Shown piece after piece: positions 18,611 to 28,829 of a DNA stretch of 64,000 bases (position 1 is its first letter; each line of letters starts with the position of its first letter). The DNA lies in contig JANPFD010000253.1 in the NCBI GenBank assembly GCA_031423255.1, forward strand, positions 14,941 to 78,940, in the 5' to 3' direction. The DNA is from Myxococcales bacterium. GTDB taxonomy: Bacteria > Myxococcota_A > Polyangia > Fen-1088. Below the pieces are notes generated by a model, which was not told the origin of the DNA, made no database searches, and was given only the letters and a program-made list of their open reading frames with translations. The position numbers and the translations under genes are program-made.

Positions 18611-20650
18611 TCAGTACTCGAGGCGCAAGAACTCCTCGGGCTCGTAGCTCCTCCATGCGCGGCAGCGCCGGCTTCTGTCGATGACCGGCGTCGGGCTGGA
18701 CGAGACCTGCGTCCCGGTGCAGTCCGGCATCGCCCCGGAGCAATTCCCGCCCACGCAGACACGGATCGGTCGGGAAACCTGGGCATTGCCCAGCTTGTCG
18801 GAAACCGCGACCGCCAGGCATACCCAGCCCGACATCACGTTGCTGCCAAGATTGTCGAACTGACGACCCAGACATTGCACCCTGTCGTTCACGACAGGGG
18901 GAATCCCGTAGACCGCCGGGAAACTGCCCAGGGAGTACGACATGACCTTCGTCAGCAGATCGTTCACGTCTTCGCAGACGGGCTCCGGTGGTGCCTTGTC
19001 GGTTCCCTTGCCGCACGCAATGGTCGGGTCCGGGCCGTAATAAGCGGTCCCCTTCGGGGCGATCGGAGTCAGGTTGACCAGGAGTGCATCCTTCGAGGAC
19101 ATCGGCGTCGTTGTCGGCCTGACGAGGGGATTGACTGCATCGCAGATGCCGTCTGGAGGCTCGCTGGTATCGACGACCAGGGCCTGCGACGTATCGTTCA
19201 GCATCAGGAGCTGGACGCGGCTGTCTTCGATACCGGCGATCGGGATGAAGTCCCCGGAGTTATCAACGGGCGTGTTGCCGAAATCCTCGATGCGGGCGCG
19301 CACATAATAGAGCTGTCCGACCGAATCGCCATCGTTGACCGCGCGGCTGCCGAGAGGATCGAACGCCCGGCTGCAAATGACGATCGGGTCGACCTTTTTT
19401 AGGCCACGAACCGTCGGTGAGTCGAGGTCGGCGAGGGGCGGCGTGTTGTCGAGCGAAAGGAGATAGCCGATCGAAGATTCGTTTCCCAGCGAGTCGGAAG
19501 CCCGGAAGGAGATGTGCGGGAAGAGCACGGTTGTCGGGTTCGGGATCCGGCTGGTATCGAACAACCCCGTGAACGGCTTGCCCGCTCCGGTCCCCGCCAG
19601 CTTCACCTCGAACTTGGAATCTCCATGGGCGATGACCGCAATCACCGACGAGTCCAGGACGCCGGCAGGATCGGACACGACGGCGGAGATCAGGACCACC
19701 TTTCCCACCAGCTCTCCGAGGACCGGCTGGGTTCCGCTGATGGAGGGACCGACGTCATCGGCCACGAACTGACGTACCAGCACCGCCTTCGTTCCGTGCT
19801 TGTTCTCGGCGCGCACCGTGAGAATCTGATCACCGGCCAGCGGCGGCTTGTAGTCTCTGAAGAGGATTGTCGCCGTGTACTGATCGGCGCCCGGACCCTT
19901 CATGAACATCAGGGGCTCCTGCCCCAGCGTGATGCTCACGTTCTGGATCGGCGCGGACAGCGGCAGGTCAGTGATGGTCACGTCCACCGCCGCGGAAGAC
20001 CGATAGGGCTGTTTCTCGCGCGGCGAGTCCACCCGGATGATGGGGCCGGTGTCCACGAGGAATTTCAAGGTCGCGTTCGCCATCGCGCCGCTGACGGTCA
20101 CCGCGGTCACCGTCAAGTTGTACTCACCGCTCACCAGCGAACTGAGATCGAGGGGCGTGTCGCTGAAAGTGAACGTGGAAGTCGTGCTTTCGGGTGGGGC
20201 CGTCAGCTTGGTCTGGTTGAGTTTCACGGACGCGCTGCCCTTGGCGCCCATCCCGCTCGGGCTGACCACGGCGCTGACTTCCTTGACCGAATCGGACGCT
20301 CCCCCGGTGGCCTGGAGGAGCACACGCACCTCCGGAGTGAACCGCACCTGGGTGGGAGCGACGCCTCCGACCTTGGGACTGTCGATGAAGACGCTGACGG
20401 TGACCGTGCCACCTGCATCGTTCATGAACATGGAACTGGCGTCGCCTGCAACTTCCGAAGCACCATCACGAGCCATCATGACGGCCGCGTCGACACCGTC
20501 CGGCCGCGCATCAGGTGGATTGCCTATGACCGAGCGGTCCAGGCCGCCGTCCGAATTCCCCGTCGGAAGAGGCGTCTTGTCCTCGGAATTCCCTGTACAA
20601 CCCACCGCCAGGAACCCGAGCCAAAGCGCCGTACGTCGCAAATAAGCCAT
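18611..20650 (-). CDS. Large lipoprotein with Ig-like beta-sandwich repeats and a Cys-containing C-terminal domain
   Basis: Lipobox WLGFLAVGCTG. 679 aa, rich in T/S/V/D beta-type segments. G+C is lower than in its neighbours. Confidence 0.75.
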   Translation of the reverse strand: MAYLRRTALWLGFLAVGCTGNSEDKTPLPTGNSDGGLDRSVIGNPPDARPDGVDAAVMMARDGASEVAGDASSMFMNDAGGTVTVSVFIDSPKVGGVAPTQVRFTPEVRVLLQATGGASDSVKEVSAVVSPSGMGAKGSASVKLNQTKLTAPPESTTSTFTFSDTPLDLSSLVSGEYNLTVTAVTVSGAMANATLKFLVDTGPIIRVDSPREKQPYRSSAAVDVTITDLPLSAPIQNVSITLGQEPLMFMKGPGADQYTATILFRDYKPPLAGDQILTVRAENKHGTKAVLVRQFVADDVGPSISGTQPVLGELVGKVVLISAVVSDPAGVLDSSVIAVIAHGDSKFEVKLAGTGAGKPFTGLFDTSRIPNPTTVLFPHISFRASDSLGNESSIGYLLSLDNTPPLADLDSPTVRGLKKVDPIVICSRAFDPLGSRAVNDGDSVGQLYYVRARIEDFGNTPVDNSGDFIPIAGIEDSRVQLLMLNDTSQALVVDTSEPPDGICDAVNPLVRPTTTPMSSKDALLVNLTPIAPKGTAYYGPDPTIACGKGTDKAPPEPVCEDVNDLLTKVMSYSLGSFPAVYGIPPVVNDRVQCLGRQFDNLGSNVMSGWVCLAVAVSDKLGNAQVSRPIRVCVGGNCSGAMPDCTGTQVSSSPTPVIDRSRRCRAWRSYEPEEFLRLEY

Positions 20651-20674
20651 CTAACTATCGCTCCCGTGATGAGG

Positions 20675-20690
20675 CGGGGCTTTCGCCCCG
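20675..20690. other. 6-bp all-GC stem-loop (CGGGGC-tttc-GCCCCG) between two co-directional minus-strand genes
   Basis: Read directly from the sequence. The T-run (GGTTTATTT) follows it only on the plus strand, where no gene ends. Confidence 0.3.
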
Positions 20691-20693
20691 GGT

Positions 20694-21323
20694 TTATTTG
20701 AGCTTTGCGGGTGCCGACTCGGGCGGCTCGGCGGGTTCCGCGGCGGGCTCGGCGCCCTCCACCGGCTGTTTGGCGCCCGGGCGGTTCGGTTCGCCAGCGT
20801 CCGGCTTGCCGAGCGGGAAATCCAGGTACAGGAACTGCGTACCGTCGGGGCCAGCCTCGGTGCGGGGCACGGCGCTGGCAGGTTCTTTGAGGACGATGCG
20901 AAGTTCGACATCTTTACGGCGCTGCGAGGCGGTCACTCCGCGCACGGGCGTGGCGAAGTACCGGGTGTCCAGGTTGCGCTTGTTGTTCTTGAGGTGGATT
21001 CGGCAGTTGTGCAGAAAAACTGATAGTCCCGCGGGCTTCCCCTTCTTCTCCTTGACGTCGAAGGTGACCGCGCCGGTGGTCTGGAAGAACAGGCGTGAGC
21101 CCTGGTCAGCCATCTGGAAGCCTGACCAGATGAGCTGCGCCACCTGGTTCTTCGGCGCCGGCGGCAGCGGGTTCTTGGCGTTTCCGCCGGGGAGCACACC
21201 GTCGTACTTTTCCCCACTCGGATTGGCAGGCGGACCTTCCGGGGCTTTGTCCGCAGGGGGCGGGGCCGCCTGAGCCAGCAGGACGGCAACGAAGTGAGCG
21301 AGCAAGCCCGGAATATGAAGCAA
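20694..21323 (-). CDS. Secreted AMIN-like domain protein
   Basis: TTG start. Signal LLAHFVAVLLAQAA. A Pro-rich spacer, then SRLFFQTTGAVTFDV..LSVFLHNCRI..LDTRYFATPV..VELRIVLKE, which resembles AMIN domains. A Pro/Glu-rich tail follows. Confidence 0.55.
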   Translation of the reverse strand: MLHIPGLLAHFVAVLLAQAAPPPADKAPEGPPANPSGEKYDGVLPGGNAKNPLPPAPKNQVAQLIWSGFQMADQGSRLFFQTTGAVTFDVKEKKGKPAGLSVFLHNCRIHLKNNKRNLDTRYFATPVRGVTASQRRKDVELRIVLKEPASAVPRTEAGPDGTQFLYLDFPLGKPDAGEPNRPGAKQPVEGAEPAAEPAEPPESAPAKLK

Positions 21324-21372
21324 GATTTTTCTCCGCGCTCATCTTAGCCCGCGCGGAGTGAAACCCGCAAAT

Positions 21373-22628
<1,256 letters not shown>

Positions 22629-22629
<1 letters not shown>

Positions 22630-23480
22630 CAGGTGCCCGGGCCCAGGTAGCGGAGCAGGCGGGCCAGCGTCGCCTTCAGGTCGCGGCGGTGGGCGATCAC
22701 GTCGACGAAGCCGTGCTTGAGCAGGAACTCGGCGCGCTGGAAGCCGGCAGGCAGGGCCTGCCGGATGGTGTTCTGGATGACGCGGGCGCCGGCAAAGCCG
22801 ATCAGCGCCTTGGGCTCGGCAATGATCACGTCGCCGAGAGTCGCGAAGCTGGCCGCGACGCCTCCGGTCGTCGGGTGCAGGAGGATCGAGATCAGCGGCA
22901 CCCTGGCCTCGCGCAGGCGGGCGACGGCGGCGCAAGTCTTCGCCATCTGCATCAGCGAGAGCACGCCCTCCTGCATGCGGGCGCCGCCCGAGGCGCAGAA
23001 GATCAACGCCGGCGCGCGGCGCTCGAGGGCGCGCTCGAAGACGCGCGTCACCTTCTCGCCCACGACCGAACCCATCGAGCCGCCCATGAACTCGAAGGCA
23101 AAGAAGCCGGCCTCGACCTCGATCCCGTCGAGCTTCGCCGAGACGGCCACCAGCGCATCTCCGGCACCGCCCTGGCGGCGGGCGGCGCGCAGGCGATCGA
23201 TGTATTTCTTCGCGTCCCGGAAGCCGAGGGGGTCGATGCTCTCGATGCCGGTGTCCCTCTCGCGGGCGGTCCCCTCGTCGATGATCAGGGCCAGGCGCTC
23301 ACGCGTCGGCAGGACGAAGTGGTGATCGCACTTGGGGCATACGTCCACGTTCCGGCGCAGATCCGCGGTCAGGAGCGCCTCGCGGCAACTCGGGCACTTG
23401 GTGAAGACGCCGGCGCCGATGCTGCGCTTCTCGGGCGTCTCGTCCGGGTCGTCCTCTTTGGTCCGCTTGTACCAGGGCAT
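22629..23480 (-). CDS. accD: Acetyl-CoA carboxylase carboxyltransferase beta subunit
   Basis: N-terminal zinc ribbon CPSCREAL..CPKCDHHF, then FMGGSMGSVVGEK. The accD-folC order is conserved. Confidence 0.95.
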
Positions 23481-23509
23481 GCGGCGGAGAAAGACTACAA
23501 TCGGGGCCG

Positions 23510-25009
23510 TTGGAAACCAATCACTTCGAGGTCGTCGTCTGTGGAAGCGAGCCCGCCGGCCTGATCGCGGCGGCGCTGCTGGCGCGGCGCGGGATGCGCG
23601 TCCTCGTCTGCGATCTCGAGCGGACGCCGGCCAGCTTCGTCGCCGGTGGCCACCTCTTGCCGCGAGACCCTGGACTGCTGCCGCAGACCGATGCCGAGCC
23701 GGCGGCCCGCGTGCTGCGCGAACTGAACTGCGTCCCCGTGGTGCGGCGGCGCGCGCCGGTCACGCACCCGGGGCTGCAACTCGTCTGGCCACGCGGACGC
23801 TTGAACCTGGACGCGACCACGCCGCGGCCCGACCAGCTGGAGCGGTTGTTCCCCGGCGAAGGGCACCTGGTGGCGCAGGCGCTCGAGCGGCTGCGGGCGA
23901 CGGGCAAGCGCCTGGATCCGCTGCTGGCCTCGGACCTGACCTTGCCGCCGGACGGCTTCTGGGAGCGGCGCGAGGTGGCGCGCGTCGAGGGGCAGCTCCC
24001 CTCGCCCGCCACCGATCTGCTGGCGCCGCTGCCGGCGGCGCATCCGCTCCGGGCGACCCTGGGCGCGCTGGCGACGCTGGGGACCTCGCTCGCGCCGCTG
24101 GATGCCGGCAACGTGGCGCAGGCGCGCGCCGTGGAAGTGGGCCATCGCGGCCTGTTCCGTCTGGACGGCGCTTCCATCGCCTGGCGCGAGCTGTTCGTCG
24201 ACAAGCTGACCACCGCGCTGGGCGAGGTGCGCGAGCGCCTGACGCCCGTCGAGTTGATGTTCCGCCGCGGGCGGCCCTTCGCACTCCGGATGCGCCCGCG
24301 TGACGAGATGATCGGACTCGATCATCTCGTCTGGGCGGCGCCGCTGCCCGAACTGACCGCCCTGTGCGGAGACCAGGCGCCGCGGCGGTTGCGCGACGTG
24401 GCCGCCGCCATCCGACCCGCTTGCTACCGCTACACGCTGGTAGCGCTCGTGCGGCGACAGGCGCTACCGGCGGATCTGGGGTCGCGGGTGATCGCGGTAG
24501 GCCACCCCGAGCAGCCGGCCATCGAGGACAACGCTCTCTTGCTGACCGTCGGCCTCGAAGGCCCACGCCAGCCCGGCCTCGTCCCGCTGTGGGTCGACTG
24601 TCTGGTGCCGGCAGCGGCCGCTGCCGCCGAGGGGTACTTGTCGGTGGTGCGATCGCGGGTGCGCGAGCGCCTGATGGCGCTTGCCCCTGATCTCGAGCGG
24701 CACCTGGTGCTGCTGGCCTCGCCGCACGACGGCTTGCCGCCGGAACTGCCTGGCGCTGCCGAGCCCGAGCCGGTCCGGACCACGCCGATGCGACCGGCGT
24801 TCACCTGCGATCTGCCACGCGTGCTGGGCGTGGGCGCCGCGCCGCTGGCGACGGGGCTCAAGAACGTGCTCCTGGTGGGGGCCGGCACCCTGCCCGGTCT
24901 GGGCGTCGAGGGCGACTTCGCGGCAGGCTGGGGCGTGGCGAAGCTGCTCGGCGGTGGTCGCCCGCGACGCGACTTCCGCCACCGGCAGATCCTGACCGAA
25001 GAGATGTGA
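23510..25009 (+). CDS. FAD/NAD(P)-binding oxidoreductase, phytoene-desaturase-like
   Basis: TTG start. The N-terminal Rossmann strand FEVVVCGSEPAGLIAAALLARRGMRVLVCDLE has a degenerate GxGxxG (GSEPAG). C-terminal LLVGAGTLPGLGVEG is typical of this family. Confidence 0.7.
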   Translation: METNHFEVVVCGSEPAGLIAAALLARRGMRVLVCDLERTPASFVAGGHLLPRDPGLLPQTDAEPAARVLRELNCVPVVRRRAPVTHPGLQLVWPRGRLNLDATTPRPDQLERLFPGEGHLVAQALERLRATGKRLDPLLASDLTLPPDGFWERREVARVEGQLPSPATDLLAPLPAAHPLRATLGALATLGTSLAPLDAGNVAQARAVEVGHRGLFRLDGASIAWRELFVDKLTTALGEVRERLTPVELMFRRGRPFALRMRPRDEMIGLDHLVWAAPLPELTALCGDQAPRRLRDVAAAIRPACYRYTLVALVRRQALPADLGSRVIAVGHPEQPAIEDNALLLTVGLEGPRQPGLVPLWVDCLVPAAAAAAEGYLSVVRSRVRERLMALAPDLERHLVLLASPHDGLPPELPGAAEPEPVRTTPMRPAFTCDLPRVLGVGAAPLATGLKNVLLVGAGTLPGLGVEGDFAAGWGVAKLLGGGRPRRDFRHRQILTEEM

Positions 25010-25016
25010 GCGGGTG

Positions 25017-25364
25017 CTACCCGGCGCGGGTGCAGTAGTCCGAGATCAGCGCCGCGTGCTCGGGAGCGAGTGTGGTGAAGCGGACCCCGGTCCGGCGGAA
25101 TCGCCCGGCGCGGTTGTCGTTGACCACCACGGCCTCGGCCGCGATGGCGCCGCTCGTACCGGGGAGCTCGAAGCTGAGAACGACGCTGGTCGCGGGCCGG
25201 AGCGAAGCGTCCTTCGGCCAGCGGAGCGTCATGCCGGTGGGGCCGATCTCCTCGGCCTGGGCCAGCTGCACGCGCTGGCCGTTGGTGTTCATGACCGCGA
25301 AGACGGCGGGCACCCGCGGTTCACCGCGACGGTCATCTGGAATGCGACGTCGGTCCAGAAGCAT
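25017..25364 (-). CDS. PilZ domain protein
   Basis: 115 aa. RRGEPR (RRxxxR) and EEIGPTGMTL (a degenerate D/NxSxxG) sit at PilZ-like spacing. Confidence 0.65.
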   Translation of the reverse strand: MLLDRRRIPDDRRGEPRVPAVFAVMNTNGQRVQLAQAEEIGPTGMTLRWPKDASLRPATSVVLSFELPGTSGAIAAEAVVVNDNRAGRFRRTGVRFTTLAPEHAALISDYCTRAG

Positions 25365-25394
25365 GGACCCATGGTAAGGGCCCGTACCCCTCGG

Positions 25395-25568
25395 TCAACT
25401 TTCTAACGGTTTCGCTTCCTCGATGATGAAGTTCGGGATGTCGTCCACGACCGGGTACACCAGCTTGCAGGCGCGGCACAGGAACGCGCTCTCGTCGGCT
25501 TTGAGCTCGATCTTCCCCTTGCACTTGGGGCAGGCCAGGATGTCGAGCAGCTCGCGGTTGAGGGCCAT
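25395..25568 (-). CDS. Trm112 family (DUF343) zinc-ribbon protein, 57 aa
   Basis: Not in the track because it is under 60 aa. MALNRELLDILACPKCKGKIELKADESAFLCRACKLVYPVVDDIPNFIIEEAKPLES has the classic Trm112 pattern LL.ILACP.CKG.L......L.C..C...YP..DGIP. Confidence 0.8.
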   Translation of the reverse strand: MALNRELLDILACPKCKGKIELKADESAFLCRACKLVYPVVDDIPNFIIEEAKPLES

Positions 25569-25603
25569 GGCGTAGCTATATCATGGCGTGTTAAGGGGAT
25601 TGG

Positions 25604-27658
25604 ATGGTCAAGCGCCTCGTATTCGCGGCGGTGGTGGCCGCATCGCTGGCGCTGTTCGCCTGGACGCTGCGCCGTTTCGCCCGGATGGTGCTGGCCGGGC
25701 GGCCCGACAACCGCTTCGACCGGATCGGCGACCGCCTGCAGTCGGTGCTGGTGTTCTTCCTGGGCCAGAAAAAGGTGGTCGAGCCGGCGGCGATCCCGGC
25801 GGCGCGCTGGCCGCGCTTCGTGAAGGCCGTCGGCAGCCGCTACCACGTGGTGATCTTCTGGGGCTTCCTGATCATCACGGTCGGTACCGTCGAGTTGATC
25901 ATTCAAGGCCTCTGGCCGCAGTTCTCGCTGGCGATGCTGGTGGGCGAAACCGTCGGCGGCATCATCAATACGTCGATCGACGTGGCCAGCCTGGCGGTGC
26001 TGGCGATGATCGCCTTCGCCGTGTTCCGGCGGGTGGTGCTGCAGCCGCGCCTGATCCCGATGACCCGCGACGCGGCTACGATCCTGGGCGCCATCGCCAC
26101 CTTGATGGTGTCGCACTTCGGCATGCATGCGTTTCACAACGAGGACCACACCTTTCCCGTTTCGGCGGCGATCGGCGACTGGCTGCCACAGTCGACGGTG
26201 CTGGCCGAGGTCTCGTGGTGGCTGCACGTCGCCGTGATCCTCGGGTTCCTCAACTACCTCCTCTACTCGAAGCACAGCCACATCATCGGCGCGCTGCCGA
26301 ACATCTATTTTCGCGACCTCGGCCAGCGGGGCGTGCTGCCCAAGCTGGACCTCGAGGCGGACGACATCAGCAAGACCGGCGTCATCTCCGAGTACAAGGA
26401 CTTCACCTGGAAGCACCTGCTGGACAGCTTCGCCTGCACCGAGTGCGCGCGCTGCACGAACGAATGCCCGGCTTACAACACCGGCAAGCCGCTCTCGCCG
26501 ATGCAGGTGGTCCACGACGTGCGCGACGAGATGAAGGCGCGCATGCCGGATCGCGGGCCGCTGGACGTGATGATCGAACGGTTCCAGCACGGGCAAGCGG
26601 GCGTCGACCAGATCGAGAAGCCGGCGCCGTTCGTCGGCGGCCGCACCACGGAGGAGGTCCTGTGGGCCTGCACGACCTGCGGCGCCTGCCAGGAGGTCTG
26701 CCCGGTCTTCATCGATCAGCCGGGGAAGATCCTGGAGATGCGGCGCAACCTGGTCCTGGTGCAGGAGAAGGTCCCGTCCGACCTCGCGCGCACCTACAAG
26801 AACCTGGAACAAAACGGCAACCCCTGGGGCATCGGCGCCGACAAGCGGATGGACTGGGCGGCCGGCAAGGAGGTCCCCACCCTCGACGACAAGCCCGATG
26901 CCGAGTACCTGCTCTGGGTCGGTTGCGCCGGCGCCTACGACGACCGGATCAAGAAGCAGACCCTGGCGCTGGTGGAGATCTTGAAGGAAGGCGGCGTGGA
27001 CTTCGCCGTTCTCGGGCTCGAGGAAGGCTGCACCGGCGATCCGGCGCGGCGCACGGGCAACGAGATGCTGTACCAGATGCAGGCCCAGCAGAACGTCGAG
27101 ACCCTGAACGCCAAGAAGGTGAAGAAGGTGATCACCGCCTGCCCGCACTGCCTGCACACCATCAAGAACGAGTACCCGCAGCTCGGCGGGACGTTCGAGG
27201 TGCTGCACCACACGCAGATCATCCGGCAACTGGTGGATACGGGACGCGTGCAGATCGACAAGGACAAGGACGGCACGAAGAAGGTGGCCTTCCATGACCC
27301 GTGCTACCTCGGGCGCTGGAACGGCGAGTACGAGGCGCCGCGCACGGTGCTGGATGCGATGCCCGGCGAGCGCATCGAGCTTCCACGCAACAAGGAACAC
27401 GGGTTTTGCTGCGGGGCCGGCGGCGGACGGATGTGGATGGAGGAGAAAGTCGGCTCGCGCGTGAATCACAACCGCGTCGACGAGGTGCTGGCGTCAGGCG
27501 CTGACGCAGTGGCCACGGCCTGCCCGTTCTGCACCATCATGCTCCGAGACGGCGTCGAGGACCGCGGCGCGGGGGAGAAGGTCCAGGTGGTCAACGTGTC
27601 CGAGCTGGTGGCGCGGTCGATGAAGCGCAAGAGCGAGATCGCCGGCGGCGTCGCCTGA
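25604..27658 (+). CDS. Membrane-anchored (Fe-S)-binding oxidoreductase: NarI/DsrM-like TM domain fused to an HdrD/DsrK-like domain with two CCG motifs
   Basis: 5-6 N-terminal TMs containing His residues. Two 4Fe-4S motifs (CTECARCTNECP, CTTCGACQEVCP). CCG-type Cys clusters (VGCAGAYD, CPHCLHTIKNEY, HDPCYLGR, GFCCGAGGG, ACPFCTIM). Confidence 0.85.
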   Translation: MVKRLVFAAVVAASLALFAWTLRRFARMVLAGRPDNRFDRIGDRLQSVLVFFLGQKKVVEPAAIPAARWPRFVKAVGSRYHVVIFWGFLIITVGTVELIIQGLWPQFSLAMLVGETVGGIINTSIDVASLAVLAMIAFAVFRRVVLQPRLIPMTRDAATILGAIATLMVSHFGMHAFHNEDHTFPVSAAIGDWLPQSTVLAEVSWWLHVAVILGFLNYLLYSKHSHIIGALPNIYFRDLGQRGVLPKLDLEADDISKTGVISEYKDFTWKHLLDSFACTECARCTNECPAYNTGKPLSPMQVVHDVRDEMKARMPDRGPLDVMIERFQHGQAGVDQIEKPAPFVGGRTTEEVLWACTTCGACQEVCPVFIDQPGKILEMRRNLVLVQEKVPSDLARTYKNLEQNGNPWGIGADKRMDWAAGKEVPTLDDKPDAEYLLWVGCAGAYDDRIKKQTLALVEILKEGGVDFAVLGLEEGCTGDPARRTGNEMLYQMQAQQNVETLNAKKVKKVITACPHCLHTIKNEYPQLGGTFEVLHHTQIIRQLVDTGRVQIDKDKDGTKKVAFHDPCYLGRWNGEYEAPRTVLDAMPGERIELPRNKEHGFCCGAGGGRMWMEEKVGSRVNHNRVDEVLASGADAVATACPFCTIMLRDGVEDRGAGEKVQVVNVSELVARSMKRKSEIAGGVA

Positions 27659-27900
27659 TGTCGGCCCGTTTCGCCCTTCTCGGTCTGTTCCTCGGGGCGT
27701 GCGGCCCGGACGCCAACCGGCCGAAGTCGCCGGTCCTGATCTCCGAGATCATGTACCACCCGGTCCTCGAGGAATCGCTGGTCGACGAGCACGAGTTCCT
27801 GGAGATCCACAACCGGACGGGGAGTCCCGTGGCGCTCGACGGCTGGCAGGTAGCAGGCAGCGTGAAGTTCACCTTCCCGCCGGGCACCGGACGAGCGTAG
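27658..27900 (+). pseudogene. 5' stump of a lamin-tail-domain (LTD) lipoprotein gene
   Basis: 80 codons. Lipobox LLGLFLGAC. LISEIMYHP..EFLEIHN..LDGW..FTFPPGT covers only the first part of an LTD domain. The frame then runs into the antisense 3' end of the ATP-grasp gene and stops at 27898-27900. Confidence 0.6.
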
Positions 27901-28723
27901 CCAGCGCTGACGCCAGCCGCGTACACGCTGCTTCAGAACGATCCAGGAACAGCGACGGCTCGATCAGCTCCAGTTCCATCAGGCAGGGGCGCCCCTCGCT
28001 GTCACGCGCGAGATCCACGCGCGCATAGAGCAACCGACCCGGCACGGCGGCGATGATCCGCTCACCCAGGGCACGCTCATCGTCGGCCACCGGCACCGCC
28101 TCGGAAACGCGCTGCAGATCGCCGGCGAAGCGCGCCGTCTTGCGCACGGCGTGCGTGAAGGCGCCGTCGATCCAGACGCAGGCGCGCTCGCCGTAGCCAT
28201 CGACGGAGTCGAGATACGGCTGGACGAGCATGTCGCGGTTCGCCTGGTCCAGATGACGCTGCCCCTCGTCGAAGCGATCGCGCGAAACGCGGATGGTCTG
28301 GAACGAGCCAGCGGAGACCGCAGGTTTGATCACCACGTCGCTCCAGTCACCCGCCAGATCGGACAGACGCGATCCGGCCGTGGCCAGCTTCGTGGGAACG
28401 ACCGGCAACCCGCGGCCGGCCAGTTCGACGAGGTAGCGCTTGTGGCTGTTCCAGCGGAGGATCGGCAACGGGTTCCAGAGATCGGTCGCCGCCGCGCAAC
28501 GGTCGAGCCAGGCGAGGTAGGCGTCGTGGTTCTGGACGTAGTTCCACGTCGAACGGATCACCGCCGCCCGCGTCGACGCCCAGTCGACGGTGGGATCGTC
28601 CCACGCACGCGTATCGGCCTTCAGCCCCTCCGCCGCCAGCGCCGCCCGCAAAGGCCCGTCCCCCTCGTCGGGCCGCGGAAGGCGGCTGGCGGTGACGAGG
28701 ACGACGTCGAGTGGGCGGGCCAC
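27869..28723 (-). CDS. Stand-alone ATP-grasp domain protein (RimK / glutathione-synthetase-like fold)
   Basis: Start GTG 28723 (VARPLDVVLVTASRL). Blocks: RSTWNYVQNHDAYLAWL, LRWNSHKRYLVEL, VVIKPAVSAGS, MLVQPYL, LYARVDL, LMELELIEPSLFL. The 61 codons upstream in the track ORF have poor third-position G+C and cross the repeat array, so I excluded them. Confidence 0.75.
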   Translation of the reverse strand: MARPLDVVLVTASRLPRPDEGDGPLRAALAAEGLKADTRAWDDPTVDWASTRAAVIRSTWNYVQNHDAYLAWLDRCAAATDLWNPLPILRWNSHKRYLVELAGRGLPVVPTKLATAGSRLSDLAGDWSDVVIKPAVSAGSFQTIRVSRDRFDEGQRHLDQANRDMLVQPYLDSVDGYGERACVWIDGAFTHAVRKTARFAGDLQRVSEAVPVADDERALGERIIAAVPGRLLYARVDLARDSEGRPCLMELELIEPSLFLDRSEAACTRLASALATLVRCPAGR

Positions 28724-28829
28724 GCCCGCGGTTCTACTGCATTTCGATGGCCACCGATCTGGGTCAATCAACCGCCGCACCTCCGCCACCTGGTCAACTC
28801 GGTTTTCTTCATCCGGACTGTCGTCCGCC

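Noticed and set aside
20675-20690. GC stem-loop read as an intrinsic terminator
   Set aside because: The T-tract follows it only on the plus strand, where no gene ends. On the minus strand, which carries the transcribed genes, it is followed by CCUCAUCAC. I kept it only as an unexplained stem-loop.
25403-27469. 688-aa minus-strand ORF
   Set aside because: It is antisense to the Fe-S/CCG oxidoreductase gene. The translation is rich in H, R, D and Q and has no motifs. The real minus-strand gene in this area is the 57-aa Trm112-like ORF, which is in a different frame.
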